Origin: an uncultured delta proteobacterium
GTDB taxonomy: Bacteria > Desulfobacterota > Binatia > UBA9968
NCBI GenBank assembly: GCA_963847445.1
Contig: CAWJZV010000011.1
Coordinates: 64,001 to 128,000 of the forward strand
Direction: 5' to 3'
Length of the DNA stretch: 64,000 bases
Each line of letters starts with the position of its first letter. Position 1 is the first letter of the stretch. Positions 1 through 8,981 of this stretch are shown here, piece by piece. The notes beneath the pieces were generated by a model. That model had not been told where the DNA came from, ran no database searches, and worked only from the letters and a program-made list of their open reading frames with translations. A program made the position numbers and the translations under genes.

Positions 1-689
1 GTCGCGCGCGGGCTATTTTTCTCCTGGCGATAGCTTTCACCCAAGAAGTACAGGCTCTTGACCGCCGTCGGCGTGTCTCGGTACTTGCGCACGATCTCCT
101 CGAAGCGGTCGCGCGCGGCGGCAAATTTTTGCTGTTTGAAATAAAATTCGGCGGCGCTGAATTCATGCTCGGCCAGGTACTCGACGGCTTGCGCGAGTTT
201 GGTCTTGGCGATGGCCGCTTGCGGCGACTTCGGATATTTGGTGATGACCGCTTCAAAATATCCCTTAGCGAGTTCAGTATTTTTCTGTTCGCGGTCGACG
301 GCGGTGAACTGGTCGAAGTGGGCTTGACCGAGGCGCAACGTCACGAAGGGAAGATGCTCGCTGGTCGGGTGCAGTTCCTGGAACTCTTTAAACAAACTGA
401 TCGCCTCGGGAAACTGTTCATTGAGATAGTGAGCGTCGGCGACCTTCAATTCGGCCTGTGTGACCAGCGGGCTGAACGGATGGTCGGTCTTAATTTTCGT
501 GAAACTATCGATGGCGCGGACATATTTCTTGTCGTTGAAATTGCGCGTGCCCTCTTCGAAGAGCGCCTCCGCCGTGGGATCGGCCTTCGCCGCCGAACCG
601 GACCATGGCATTGACGGCAAGGAAGTCGACGAGCATGCGGGCAACAGCACGCACAGCGCTAGTATAATTGTAAGGTTTATCTTCGGCAT
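1..689 (-). CDS. bamD: Outer membrane protein assembly factor BamD (lipoprotein, runs off window start)
   Basis: Manual minus-strand translation from ATG 689: MPKINLTIILALCVLLPACSS (lipobox) ... EALFEEGTRNFNDKKYVRAIDSFTKIKTDHPFSPLVTQAELKVADAHY, the BamD TPR pattern. Absent from the ORF track because it is truncated by the window edge. Confidence 0.85.
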   Translation of the reverse strand, partial: MPKINLTIILALCVLLPACSSTSLPSMPWSGSAAKADPTAEALFEEGTRNFNDKKYVRAIDSFTKIKTDHPFSPLVTQAELKVADAHYLNEQFPEAISLFKEFQELHPTSEHLPFVTLRLGQAHFDQFTAVDREQKNTELAKGYFEAVITKYPKSPQAAIAKTKLAQAVEYLAEHEFSAAEFYFKQQKFAAARDRFEEIVRKYRDTPTAVKSLYFLGESYRQEKNSPRA

Positions 690-817
690 AGGCTCAAGCC
701 CCATTAATTTCGTTAGATTCTCATCAACCATACATGCACGAGCAATTGAGTCAAGCTACATTTTCGACGGTTGGCGCAGCGGTCGAGCGCTCGGCGTCGA
801 TTGGCAACCAGGTCCGG

Positions 818-1288
818 TTATTTTCTCGGCAGTACCTGTAATCCAACCTGTGCTTGATTAGAGCGCAAGACGAAGGGCCAAACCGGCGGAAACGCCAGGT
901 AGGCGGCGGTCTCAAGGAAGGAATAAATCCAATCGCCTGGAGGTCCCTTATCATCGTGGATGATGACTTGATAATCGCCGGGAGCTAACTCGGGGATCTT
1001 GAAATGGAGAATTTTATCTTCGATCCAAATGAGTTCTTCCCCGGGAACGTCGCGACGAGTCGGATCGCGGGCTTGAAGCCTGAGCTGCGGCCAATCCATC
1101 GTCACGTTGCCGATCTCGACCCGCGGCCAACCGACTAAATATTCGAATGACAAGCTAATGGTGTCGCCGGGGTACCCCTTGAGCGGTTGCATGTCGACTA
1201 TCCGCGGCGCGCAAGACGCGGATAATAAACACAACGCCATCGCCAGCCATCGCGCTGCTACCAGATCTTTGTGGTTATTGTTCATCAT
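818..1288 (-). CDS. Hypothetical lipoprotein with possible IPT/TIG-like domain
   Basis: Lipobox LSASC, then beta-rich segment (GYPGDTISL...FKIPELAPGDYQVII). Start may be 1309 or 1288. Confidence 0.5.
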   Translation of the reverse strand: MMNNNHKDLVAARWLAMALCLLSASCAPRIVDMQPLKGYPGDTISLSFEYLVGWPRVEIGNVTMDWPQLRLQARDPTRRDVPGEELIWIEDKILHFKIPELAPGDYQVIIHDDKGPPGDWIYSFLETAAYLAFPPVWPFVLRSNQAQVGLQVLPRK

Positions 1289-1645
1289 GCGATTTTTTAA
1301 CTGTCCCATTTAATTCGTTAAGTCGCATAATATTAAACTATTGCCAAGCTCTGCGACCTGCACTTGGAGGATATGGGAAAATGCGTCAAAACCGGCTGGT
1401 GCGAGCTTTAACATCCCCAAAAAGCCCTCAAAATAACGAAATTTACCAAGCTCATAGTACTTAGGTATTAGAATTTTTGGAATTAACCGCGAGCTCAGGA
1501 GGAAAATCCGGCCAACGTCCTATTGTCGGCTAAGGGATAATTCGAGTAAAACCGTCGAGACGGTCGGAATTTCCAAAACATTTACCGGTAATTTTGTTTT
1601 TAGACGAAGTAAAACTAGTTATTTTAAGGGAGGCAAAAGGAGGCA

Positions 1646-3152
1646 ATGGGAATGAAGAAGAAGAGTATATGGTTAGCGAGTATGCTAGCTGCTTTCCTTC
1701 TAGCGGCGGGAACGGTTCAAGCGCAGAGCGTCAGTGACAAGATCAGCGCGCTTGAGCAGGAACTCCAGCAGCTAAAAGAATCGCAGATCGAGTTGAAGAA
1801 AGAGGCGACGGCGGCGGCGGCGGCGATGCCCTCGTTTTCGTATCGTCCCGGCAATGGCATGATGATCGAAGCGGCCGACAAGTCATGGTCGTTCCGTCAT
1901 TCGTTCGAAGCGCATATGCGCTACAATTTCACTCAGGGCCGCGACCAGGTCGGCCGCAGCCAGGGCGAGTTGGAAGGCCGGCGTTTCCGGCCGGAGTTTT
2001 ATCTGTGCGTCAACAACTGCCTGTGGCAGATCGACTGGCGCCTGGACTTGGACGGCTTCGGCGGCAACACGCCGTTGCAGCGCGGCATGATCTATTTTAA
2101 TGCCGACCAGCTCAATCCCTGGTTGCCGGCTGTGGGATTCGGCATGGACACGACCAACTCGGGTCCGGCCAGTTTGTCGCGCCAGGGCTCGGGTGCCACG
2201 GGCGCTCAGGCAGAGTACGACATGATGACCCAGAATTTAGGGTTCAACACCGGCAGCGCGAGCTCCGGCATGACCCTTACCTGGGATGATAAATCGCTTT
2301 CCGGCATCGGCATCCCCGGCCGCATCGCCCGGTTTCAGGTCGGCATGAACGCCTACGGCGAAGGCGGCGACGGCACGCAGCTCAACACCGACCGCAAAGA
2401 CTTCCATGCCTACGGCAACATCCAGCCGTTCTCGCAGGTGAAGAACAAATGGATCAGCGGGTTATTGTTCGAGTACGGCGCCTGGTTCTGTAACTCGGAT
2501 AACCGCGCAACGGCGAACGGTTGCAACCGGTACCGCGTTCAGACTAACGCCCGTGCCGGCAGACAGACGTTATTCGACACCGGCGCCAACTCGATTGGCG
2601 ACGGTCTGACTATCCAACAGGGTCCCGGTCTGGTGTGGAACGTCGGTCCGTATACCTTACGGTCGATGTACGACCTGGCAACGATCCGAGGATCGGGGCA
2701 CCGGCATCGCCGGCAACGTAGCGAATGGCAGAGGCCAAAAGAAAGGCCAGGTATTCCTGATCGGTCACGATCTGTTTCTGTGGAGTCCCAAGGGCTGGTT
2801 GACCGGGTCGTCGACGACAGCCGGATCGATCTTGCTCGGCTACCACTTTGAGCGCACCGACATGTCGGTGGGTTGTAATGGCAACACGGGCATACCCTGC
2901 CCGGCGACGCTCAACAGCGGCGACTTTCACCGCACCGCGATCAGGCTCAACGAGTGGGATCTGTGGTACTTCGTCGCGCCGCGGATGAGCGTGGGTGTCA
3001 ACATCCTGTGGACCGACGCCTCGAACCTGCAAAATGCCAGGAACCAATCGGCGCATAATCTTGACGTGTGTACGAATGCTCCTGCCGGCTGCCGCAACGG
3101 CAAAGGCGGCGACTGGATGGAGTGGTTCTTGAACTGGCGCTACACGTTCTAA
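1646..3152 (+). CDS. Outer membrane porin (OprO/P-like architecture), frameshift near 2680
   Basis: Strong RBS (aggagg), signal peptide AQA, N-terminal coiled coil, amphipathic beta strands. ORFs 1646..2851 and 2799..3152 join and end in the beta-signal WRYTF. Confidence 0.75.
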
Positions 3153-3179
3153 GCGCATAGCTTAGCAGACGTTTCAAGC

Positions 3180-3214
3180 AAAAGGGGGAGTCAGAAATGA
3201 CTCCCCCTTTTTTA
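3180..3214 (+). terminator. Rho-independent terminator (possibly bidirectional)
   Basis: aaaagggggagtca-gaaa-tgactcccccttttttatt perfect hairpin with GAAA loop and T tract after the porin stop. Confidence 0.9.
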
Positions 3215-3413
3215 TTGTCGGCCCGGGCTGCAAAAGCTTTTGGTTTCGTTGCCACGGGTTATCTTTACAACCGCTGCGCGGCGTGAGATGGGTGTTGGCG
3301 CTGACCTGTCATTGAGTTGAGATTGGGATATGTTAAATAAGCGATAGCGTGATTTTTCAGTCGCTTTTTGTCTAGCCAGCAAGTTTTCAGCAATCGATCT
3401 AGGGAGTCTGTTA

Positions 3414-4046
3414 ATGATTGTACGGCAATTTTATCGGCGATGGCTCGCAACCGCCAGCGCGCTGATCATGATAGCTATTGTCAATCTCGCGTGCAGCCAC
3501 AGTGTCCCACGCTTTGGCGTTGGTGGGCGATACGAAGAGGGGCGCGAGCAGTTTCTTCGCGGCCGCGCCGGCGACATGGATACCGCGGTGGTCGCCTTGG
3601 AAACCGTCGTGAGCCAGGATCCGACGTATAAGGACAGCCTTACCTATCTGGGCCGGGCGTACTATCGTAAAGCGCGGTTTCAAGATGCCCACGCCATCTT
3701 GCAGCGGGCGCTGGTAGTGAACAAGGACGATGAGATCGCCTGGATCGCGTTCGGACTTACCCAACTTCGCTTGGGCGAAAATGACAAAGGCGTCGAAACT
3801 CTCAAGGGTGGAATCACCCTGGCCAACAAGGTGATGGTGGACGGCTACAAGAACTATATTTACTGGGATACCCGTGGTCTGATCCGCGCGGCTCTCCGTC
3901 GGTCCGCGTTCATGTTGACTAAAGGAGTCGAGGAGAAAAGCAATATTATCGAAGCCACCGATCGGCTGTTAGCGATCGTCGACGAAGAAGACAACTTTCA
4001 AAGAAGCACCAGACAGCAAAACCTGCGGCCCTTCTACGGTCAATAA
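3414..4046 (+). CDS. TPR lipoprotein
   Basis: Lipobox NLAC; TPR motifs (YLGRAYYRKARFQDAHAILQRAL). Confidence 0.75.
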   Translation: MIVRQFYRRWLATASALIMIAIVNLACSHSVPRFGVGGRYEEGREQFLRGRAGDMDTAVVALETVVSQDPTYKDSLTYLGRAYYRKARFQDAHAILQRALVVNKDDEIAWIAFGLTQLRLGENDKGVETLKGGITLANKVMVDGYKNYIYWDTRGLIRAALRRSAFMLTKGVEEKSNIIEATDRLLAIVDEEDNFQRSTRQQNLRPFYGQ

Positions 4047-4187
4047 ACCATATCTGAACTCTAGCGACGCGTCTCGCGCGGTTGGTCGTTTATCGCGAAT
4101 GACTCACCACGAAGTACTTCATGATCTTGCACTCGCCTACAGAGCATGAAAATGGTTGGCATTCCCAGAACATGATCCCCCTCAATT

Positions 4188-4302
4188 CGTCATTCCCGCG
4201 CACGCGGGAATCCAGGTGACGGACAGAGTCCGTCATACCGTTGAAAAACGGTATCCAGGTGATGATGGGTCTGGATACCCGCTTTCGCGGGTATGACGGA
4301 GC
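4188..4302. repeat. REP-like palindrome cluster (GTCATTCCCGCG...CGCGGGAATCCA / CTGGATACCCGC...GGTATGAC type)
   Basis: cgtcattcccgcgcacgcgggaatccag, cgtcataccgttgaaaaacggtatccag and inverted ctggatacccgctttcgcgggtatgacg. A related cluster lies at 44791-44899. Confidence 0.8.
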
Positions 4303-4444
4303 CCCGCAGGCTCTTTGTTGTGCATATCATCCCCTCACATGTATTTTTCGAAGGAGGACACGAAGGAGAGACTTAACTTCCGGGCCCTCGTGTCCTTCGG
4401 GGTGAAAAACTCTTTACCATTTGGTGCGCTCGCTCATGGACGGA

Positions 4445-5092
4445 TTAGGGTTGGCCGCCGCCGCCTGAGCCGCCGTCATTTTGCCGCGAGTGCTCGCGGG
4501 TTTCGTCTTGGCGGGCGCGGTCGACTTCGTCTTCCATCTGCTTGCCGATGGTTTCAGCCGACGCGACTAAGCGCTCTACATCGAACTCCCGGCCAGAAAT
4601 CATCGCCAAATCGCTCTGAATCGCCGATCGGATGGCGCGTGCCGGATCCCAGAAGCGACCAAAGGAAAAACGATGGGCTTCGGTAATGTACTCCAAGAAG
4701 CCGTAAATCCCCTTCATGCCGTTCTCAATCTCGCTCACGCCGCGCTGACGGTCTCCTGAGCGGGCAAGTACCAGGCCTAAATAGAGGCGGGCGAGATCTT
4801 CGTCGCGGTTGGCGGCGAGCGCACGCTCAAGTGTCTTCTGGGCTTGCGGCAGCCGGCCGACGGCGTATTCGGCGCGGCCGAGATAACTCAAAACGCCTTG
4901 CCGGTACGCGGTGCCGTAACGATAGTTAGGATCTTTTTCAGCAACGCTCTGAAAGTAGGACAGCGCAACCTCGCTCTTGCCGGTTATGAGCGCGTTACGG
5001 CCAGCTTGGAAATCACTGCCAATCTGAAGGCTGGCGCAGCCGCCAATGAGGGCCACCATAAGAAACAATCCAAGCGAGTATCTAATTTTCAT
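4445..5092 (-). CDS. TPR lipoprotein
   Basis: RBS aaggagg before MKIRYS; lipobox IGGC; TPR (SYLGRAEYAVGRLPQAQKTLERAL). Confidence 0.8.
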   Translation of the reverse strand: MKIRYSLGLFLMVALIGGCASLQIGSDFQAGRNALITGKSEVALSYFQSVAEKDPNYRYGTAYRQGVLSYLGRAEYAVGRLPQAQKTLERALAANRDEDLARLYLGLVLARSGDRQRGVSEIENGMKGIYGFLEYITEAHRFSFGRFWDPARAIRSAIQSDLAMISGREFDVERLVASAETIGKQMEDEVDRARQDETREHSRQNDGGSGGGGQP

Positions 5093-5237
5093 AAGACCCC
5101 TCCTTATGATGATATGACAATCGAGCATACGACGACGGATTGGCGAATTCAACGTGTTAAATTCGCTCATCGCCGAGCTGCTCACTGATGCGAGATTACA
5201 AGTTTTCATGTGCGGGCTGGTTCTCTCCAGGGGTTTG

Positions 5238-6023
5238 CTAACTACGCCAGGCGGTGATCCACACCGTGAGCGCGATTAGGCTCACCAGCACCGCGTAGAT
5301 TTTCCGTAGGATCGATGTGGTTATTTCTCGATGCACCCTTGCACCGGCCAGCGCGCTTAACGCGGCGGCCGTGACGACGACGCTTGCAGCCAGCAGCGGC
5401 ACTTGGTTGGTTGCCAATTTGCCGATGAATCCCAAGGTGCCATTCATCAAGCCGATGACCAGTGTGCTGCCGATAGCGACTCGGGTGGGCACCTTGAAGG
5501 CGTATATGAGCAGCGGCACGAAAGCAAAATTACCCGCTCCGAGAAAGCCGATCATGACTCCTGCCGAGAGGGAAGCAGCGGCTAGTGGGAGCTTGGCGAC
5601 TGGGAGATTTTGCGCCGATGCTTCGTTGCCGCTGCGGTAGGGCATTGGCAGCGCCATCGCCAGCCCGGCAGTTGTGGTCATCAATCCGAAAAGAACCAGC
5701 AGAAATCCTTCGGATACCCATTTAGACGCCACGGCGCCGATCAACGCACCGGCCGCGGATGCGACTCCAGCTGTGACGGTGATGCCATGGTGAACTTGTC
5801 CCCTGCGCAGATGCGCCCAGCCGCCGAACAGGGCGGAGAAGAACACTTGGCTACTGACCACTGCGGCCACCGTCTTGGCATCGAGCGGCGCCCAACCGAA
5901 AAGCGGCGGTATATAATAAAGCAGCGGAAACATCACGACGCCGCCGCCGACACCGAGCAGCCCGGCGGCAAACCCACCCAGGGCGCCCAACGACGCCAGG
6001 AGTGCGATCAGCGAGAAAGTCAT
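5238..6023 (-). CDS. Sulfite exporter TauE/SafE family membrane protein
   Basis: GFAAGLLGVGGG motif, repeated in the second half (GFLGAG...VP); about 8 TM helices. Confidence 0.85.
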   Translation of the reverse strand: MTFSLIALLASLGALGGFAAGLLGVGGGVVMFPLLYYIPPLFGWAPLDAKTVAAVVSSQVFFSALFGGWAHLRRGQVHHGITVTAGVASAAGALIGAVASKWVSEGFLLVLFGLMTTTAGLAMALPMPYRSGNEASAQNLPVAKLPLAAASLSAGVMIGFLGAGNFAFVPLLIYAFKVPTRVAIGSTLVIGLMNGTLGFIGKLATNQVPLLAASVVVTAAALSALAGARVHREITTSILRKIYAVLVSLIALTVWITAWRS

Positions 6024-6919
6024 GCGCCGATCCCGTTTTTCGAGATCAGCAGGATATCGGCGAGGGTAAAAAGAAAATAGCCTAGGCTGACATAGGCGTT
6101 GAGGTCGAAGAATGCCTTATCAATGCGCGATAGATCGGTAGCCGTGACGATGCGATGCTCCCAGACTAAAACCGCGGTGACGGCCAGAAACCCGAGCCAG
6201 TAAAGAGCCCCCATGGCAGCCGCGCTGCCGACCAGGGCGAGAAACAAAACCGTGCCGCAATGAAAGGCGCTCGACAATCTTAGCGCGCCGGCGACGCCGA
6301 ATCGCACTGGGATCGAATGGAGGCCGATCTTGCCGTCAAACTCCCGGTCTTGCAGCGAGTAGATGATGTCGAAGCCGGCGAGCCAAAAGACCACGGCGAG
6401 ACCAAGGTAAATGGGGATTTGCAGTTCGGCGATGTCGAACGGCGGGCGCGCGACGGCCAACCAAGCGCCGATCGGAGCGATGGCCAGGGCGAGGCCGAGA
6501 AACAGATGGGCCGCCCAAGTAAACCTCTTGGTGAGCGAGTAAAAGAACACAATCGCCAAAGCGACGGGCGATAGGACGAAACAAACCCAGTTGAGCTGAT
6601 AGGCGGCGAAGACAAAGAGTGCCGAAGCCAGGGCTGTGAGCAGCATGGCCTCGCCGACCTTCACTTTGCCCTGGGGCATCTCCCAGTTCTTCGTGCGCGG
6701 ATTCAAGGCGTCAAACTGGCGATCCGCGACGCGGTTAAATCCCATCGCCGCGGTGCGCGCGCCGACCATGGCGACCAGAATCCAAAGCAAACTGCGCAGC
6801 GTCACCGGATGTCGCGGCCAAGCCAGGGCGAGCGACGCCATGGCAAAAGGGAGCGCAAAGACGGTGTGAGAAAAGCGCACAAGGCTGCCATAGTTGGCGA
6901 TTTTGGATTTTAGTCGCAT
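6020..6919 (-). CDS. ubiA: UbiA-family polyprenyltransferase (MqnP-like)
   Basis: HTVFALPF, GARTAAMGFNRVADRQFDALNPRT, GFDIIYSLQD motifs. Confidence 0.9.
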   Translation of the reverse strand: MRLKSKIANYGSLVRFSHTVFALPFAMASLALAWPRHPVTLRSLLWILVAMVGARTAAMGFNRVADRQFDALNPRTKNWEMPQGKVKVGEAMLLTALASALFVFAAYQLNWVCFVLSPVALAIVFFYSLTKRFTWAAHLFLGLALAIAPIGAWLAVARPPFDIAELQIPIYLGLAVVFWLAGFDIIYSLQDREFDGKIGLHSIPVRFGVAGALRLSSAFHCGTVLFLALVGSAAAMGALYWLGFLAVTAVLVWEHRIVTATDLSRIDKAFFDLNAYVSLGYFLFTLADILLISKNGIGA

Positions 6920-6927
6920 CTGAATAA

Positions 6928-7420
6928 CGTGTTCGTTGCTCGTGATCGTGTTCGTATTCGGCGGGGACCGGAGCTAGCGTCGTCCCAAGGATTGGGCGAG
7001 CCTTGTGAGCATTTGGCCTACTCGGTCATAACTCGATCGCAGCTCGGGGTAAATATCATTTTGAAGATGACCGAGATCACGGGCTAACAGGAGCTGATAA
7101 CCAACTTCCGCCGCTGAACCTCTGGCAATGCCGACGAACTGCCTAAACTCCCGGCTATTGAGGCGCATCGATCCTTCGACTAAGTTCGACCCAACGGAAG
7201 TCGCCGCGCGTCGCATCTGCGAGACGAGATTAAAGCTCTCTTCTTTTGGGAACTTTGCAGTGATTTTGTAGACCTTCAGCGCAAGTTCATGAGCGAGTTT
7301 AAAAACATCCAGATCTTCGACCGATTTCATAGCCTGCTCTCCATCAAATCTAGTCTTGTTCAGCAAAAAAGTGAAACTTTCGTCCGAGAACGAGCACGAG
7401 CCACGAGCACGAGTCACGAA
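6928..7420. mobile_element. Four-helix-bundle cassette flanked by inverted hexamer arrays (TCGTGN / NCACGA)
   Basis: Arm 6928-6960 cgtgttcgttgctcgtgatcgtgttcgtattcg; arm 7385-7420 cgagaacgagcacgagccacgagcacgagtcacgaa. Mobility is inferred, not shown. Confidence 0.6.
6974..7330 (-). CDS. Four helix bundle protein (23S rRNA IVP family, TIGR02436/PF05635-like)
   Basis: MKSVEDLDVFKLAHEL...FPKEESFNLVSQMRRAATSVGSNLVEG...FVGIARGSAAEV; RBS ggag upstream of ATG 7330. Confidence 0.92.
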   Translation of the reverse strand: MKSVEDLDVFKLAHELALKVYKITAKFPKEESFNLVSQMRRAATSVGSNLVEGSMRLNSREFRQFVGIARGSAAEVGYQLLLARDLGHLQNDIYPELRSSYDRVGQMLTRLAQSLGRR

Positions 7421-8859
7421 ATCCCCAACTTTGCCCATATCGAATCGATGTAGTTTTTGGTTTTCTCGTCCATGACGATGGCGTCGGGCCATTCCCGCTC
7501 GAAACCCTCGCTGCGCCACTTGCGCGTGGCATCGAGACCGAGCTTAGAGCCATAGCCGAGCACCGGCGCGGCATGATCGAGGACGTCGACCGGGCCGTCG
7601 GAGAAGATCGTATCGCGTTTGGGTTCGATATTATTACCGACCACCCAGGTGACTTCGGCAAGGTCGTGCACGTTGACATCGTGATCGACGACGATCAGGG
7701 TTTTGGTGAACATCATCTGGCCCAGGCCCCAGAGCGCGTGCATGACTTTGCGCCCGTGGGCCGGGTACTCTTTCTTGATCGAGATGATCGCCAGGTTATG
7801 AAACACCCCATGCACGGGCAGATTCATGTCGACGATCTCGGGCAGGGTGACGCGCAAGAGCGGCAGAAACAGTCGCTCGGTGGCTTTGCCGAGATAGGCG
7901 TCTTCCATCGGCGGACGGCCGACGATGGTGGTCGGATAAATCGGATTTTTCCGATGGGTGATGCAGGTGACGTGAAACACCGGATAATCATCGGCCAGCG
8001 AGTAGAAACCCGTGTGATCGCCGAAGGGGCCTTCACGCCGCAGCGGTTCCGCTGGATCGACGTAGCCTTCGATGACGATGTCCGAGTTGGCCGGCACTTC
8101 GATGTCGACGGTTAGGCATTTAATTAACTCGACGCCTTTCTTGCGCAAGAAGCCAGTGAAGAGGATCTCATCGATCTGCGGCGGCAGCGGCGCGGTGGCG
8201 GCGTAGATCATCGCCGGATCGCCGCCGAGGCAGACCGCCAGCTCCAACTTACCCTTGTTTTCTTTCTGTTGCTGAAAATGTCTGGCGCCGACTTTGTGCA
8301 GATGCCAGTGCATGCCGGTGGTGCGCCGATCGAACACCTGCATGCGATAGAGCCCGACGTTTCTCGTGCCTTTCACGGCATCTTTGGAAAAAACCATCGG
8401 CAGAGTGATAAACGGCCCGGCGTCGCCGGGCCAGCAAGTCAGCACCGGCAGCAGGTTAAGATCAGGATCGCGATTGACGACTTCCTGGCACGCCGCTTCT
8501 TTGACCATCTTGGGCGGGATACCCGCCAGTTTCACCAGTTCGCCGAGTAGCTGGAGCTTGTCTTTGAATGACTTGGGCGGGCGGGTTTGGATTAGCTTGG
8601 TGATTTCGGCGGCGATCTCCTCGATGTCCTTCACACCCAACGCCAACGCCATCCTCTTGGCCGAACCGAAGGCGTTGATCAACACCGGAATGTTTTTGCC
8701 GACGACGTTTTCAAAGAGCAACGCCGGCCCGGCGGATTTCATCACGCGATCGGCGATCTCGGTGATTTCCAACTCGGCCTTGACCGGGTGGGATATCCGC
8801 TTCAACTCACCCTCGCGCTCCAAAACTTGAAGGAAATCTTGCAGGCTGTTATATGCCAT
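7414..8859 (-). CDS. ubiD: UbiD-family menaquinone biosynthesis decarboxylase (MqnL-like)
   Basis: MAYNSLQDFL start, EGPFGDHTGFY, RNVGLYRMQV, GRPPMED motifs. Confidence 0.93.
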   Translation of the reverse strand: MAYNSLQDFLQVLEREGELKRISHPVKAELEITEIADRVMKSAGPALLFENVVGKNIPVLINAFGSAKRMALALGVKDIEEIAAEITKLIQTRPPKSFKDKLQLLGELVKLAGIPPKMVKEAACQEVVNRDPDLNLLPVLTCWPGDAGPFITLPMVFSKDAVKGTRNVGLYRMQVFDRRTTGMHWHLHKVGARHFQQQKENKGKLELAVCLGGDPAMIYAATAPLPPQIDEILFTGFLRKKGVELIKCLTVDIEVPANSDIVIEGYVDPAEPLRREGPFGDHTGFYSLADDYPVFHVTCITHRKNPIYPTTIVGRPPMEDAYLGKATERLFLPLLRVTLPEIVDMNLPVHGVFHNLAIISIKKEYPAHGRKVMHALWGLGQMMFTKTLIVVDHDVNVHDLAEVTWVVGNNIEPKRDTIFSDGPVDVLDHAAPVLGYGSKLGLDATRKWRSEGFEREWPDAIVMDEKTKNYIDSIWAKLGIS

Positions 8860-8981
8860 AGCTGAACTCGAATTCTCAATGAAACGCAATAATCCGCTAA
8901 AAAGCAAGCCGATTGCACGATGTCCGATGAACATGCCAGCGAGGCTAGTCACGGAGTTCGCCGGTAAAAAACGATTAGGCC

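Noticed and set aside
6974-7330. Four-helix genes as Avd of a diversity-generating retroelement or as a 23S rRNA IVS
   Set aside because: No reverse transcriptase, TR/VR pair or rRNA gene is visible in the window.
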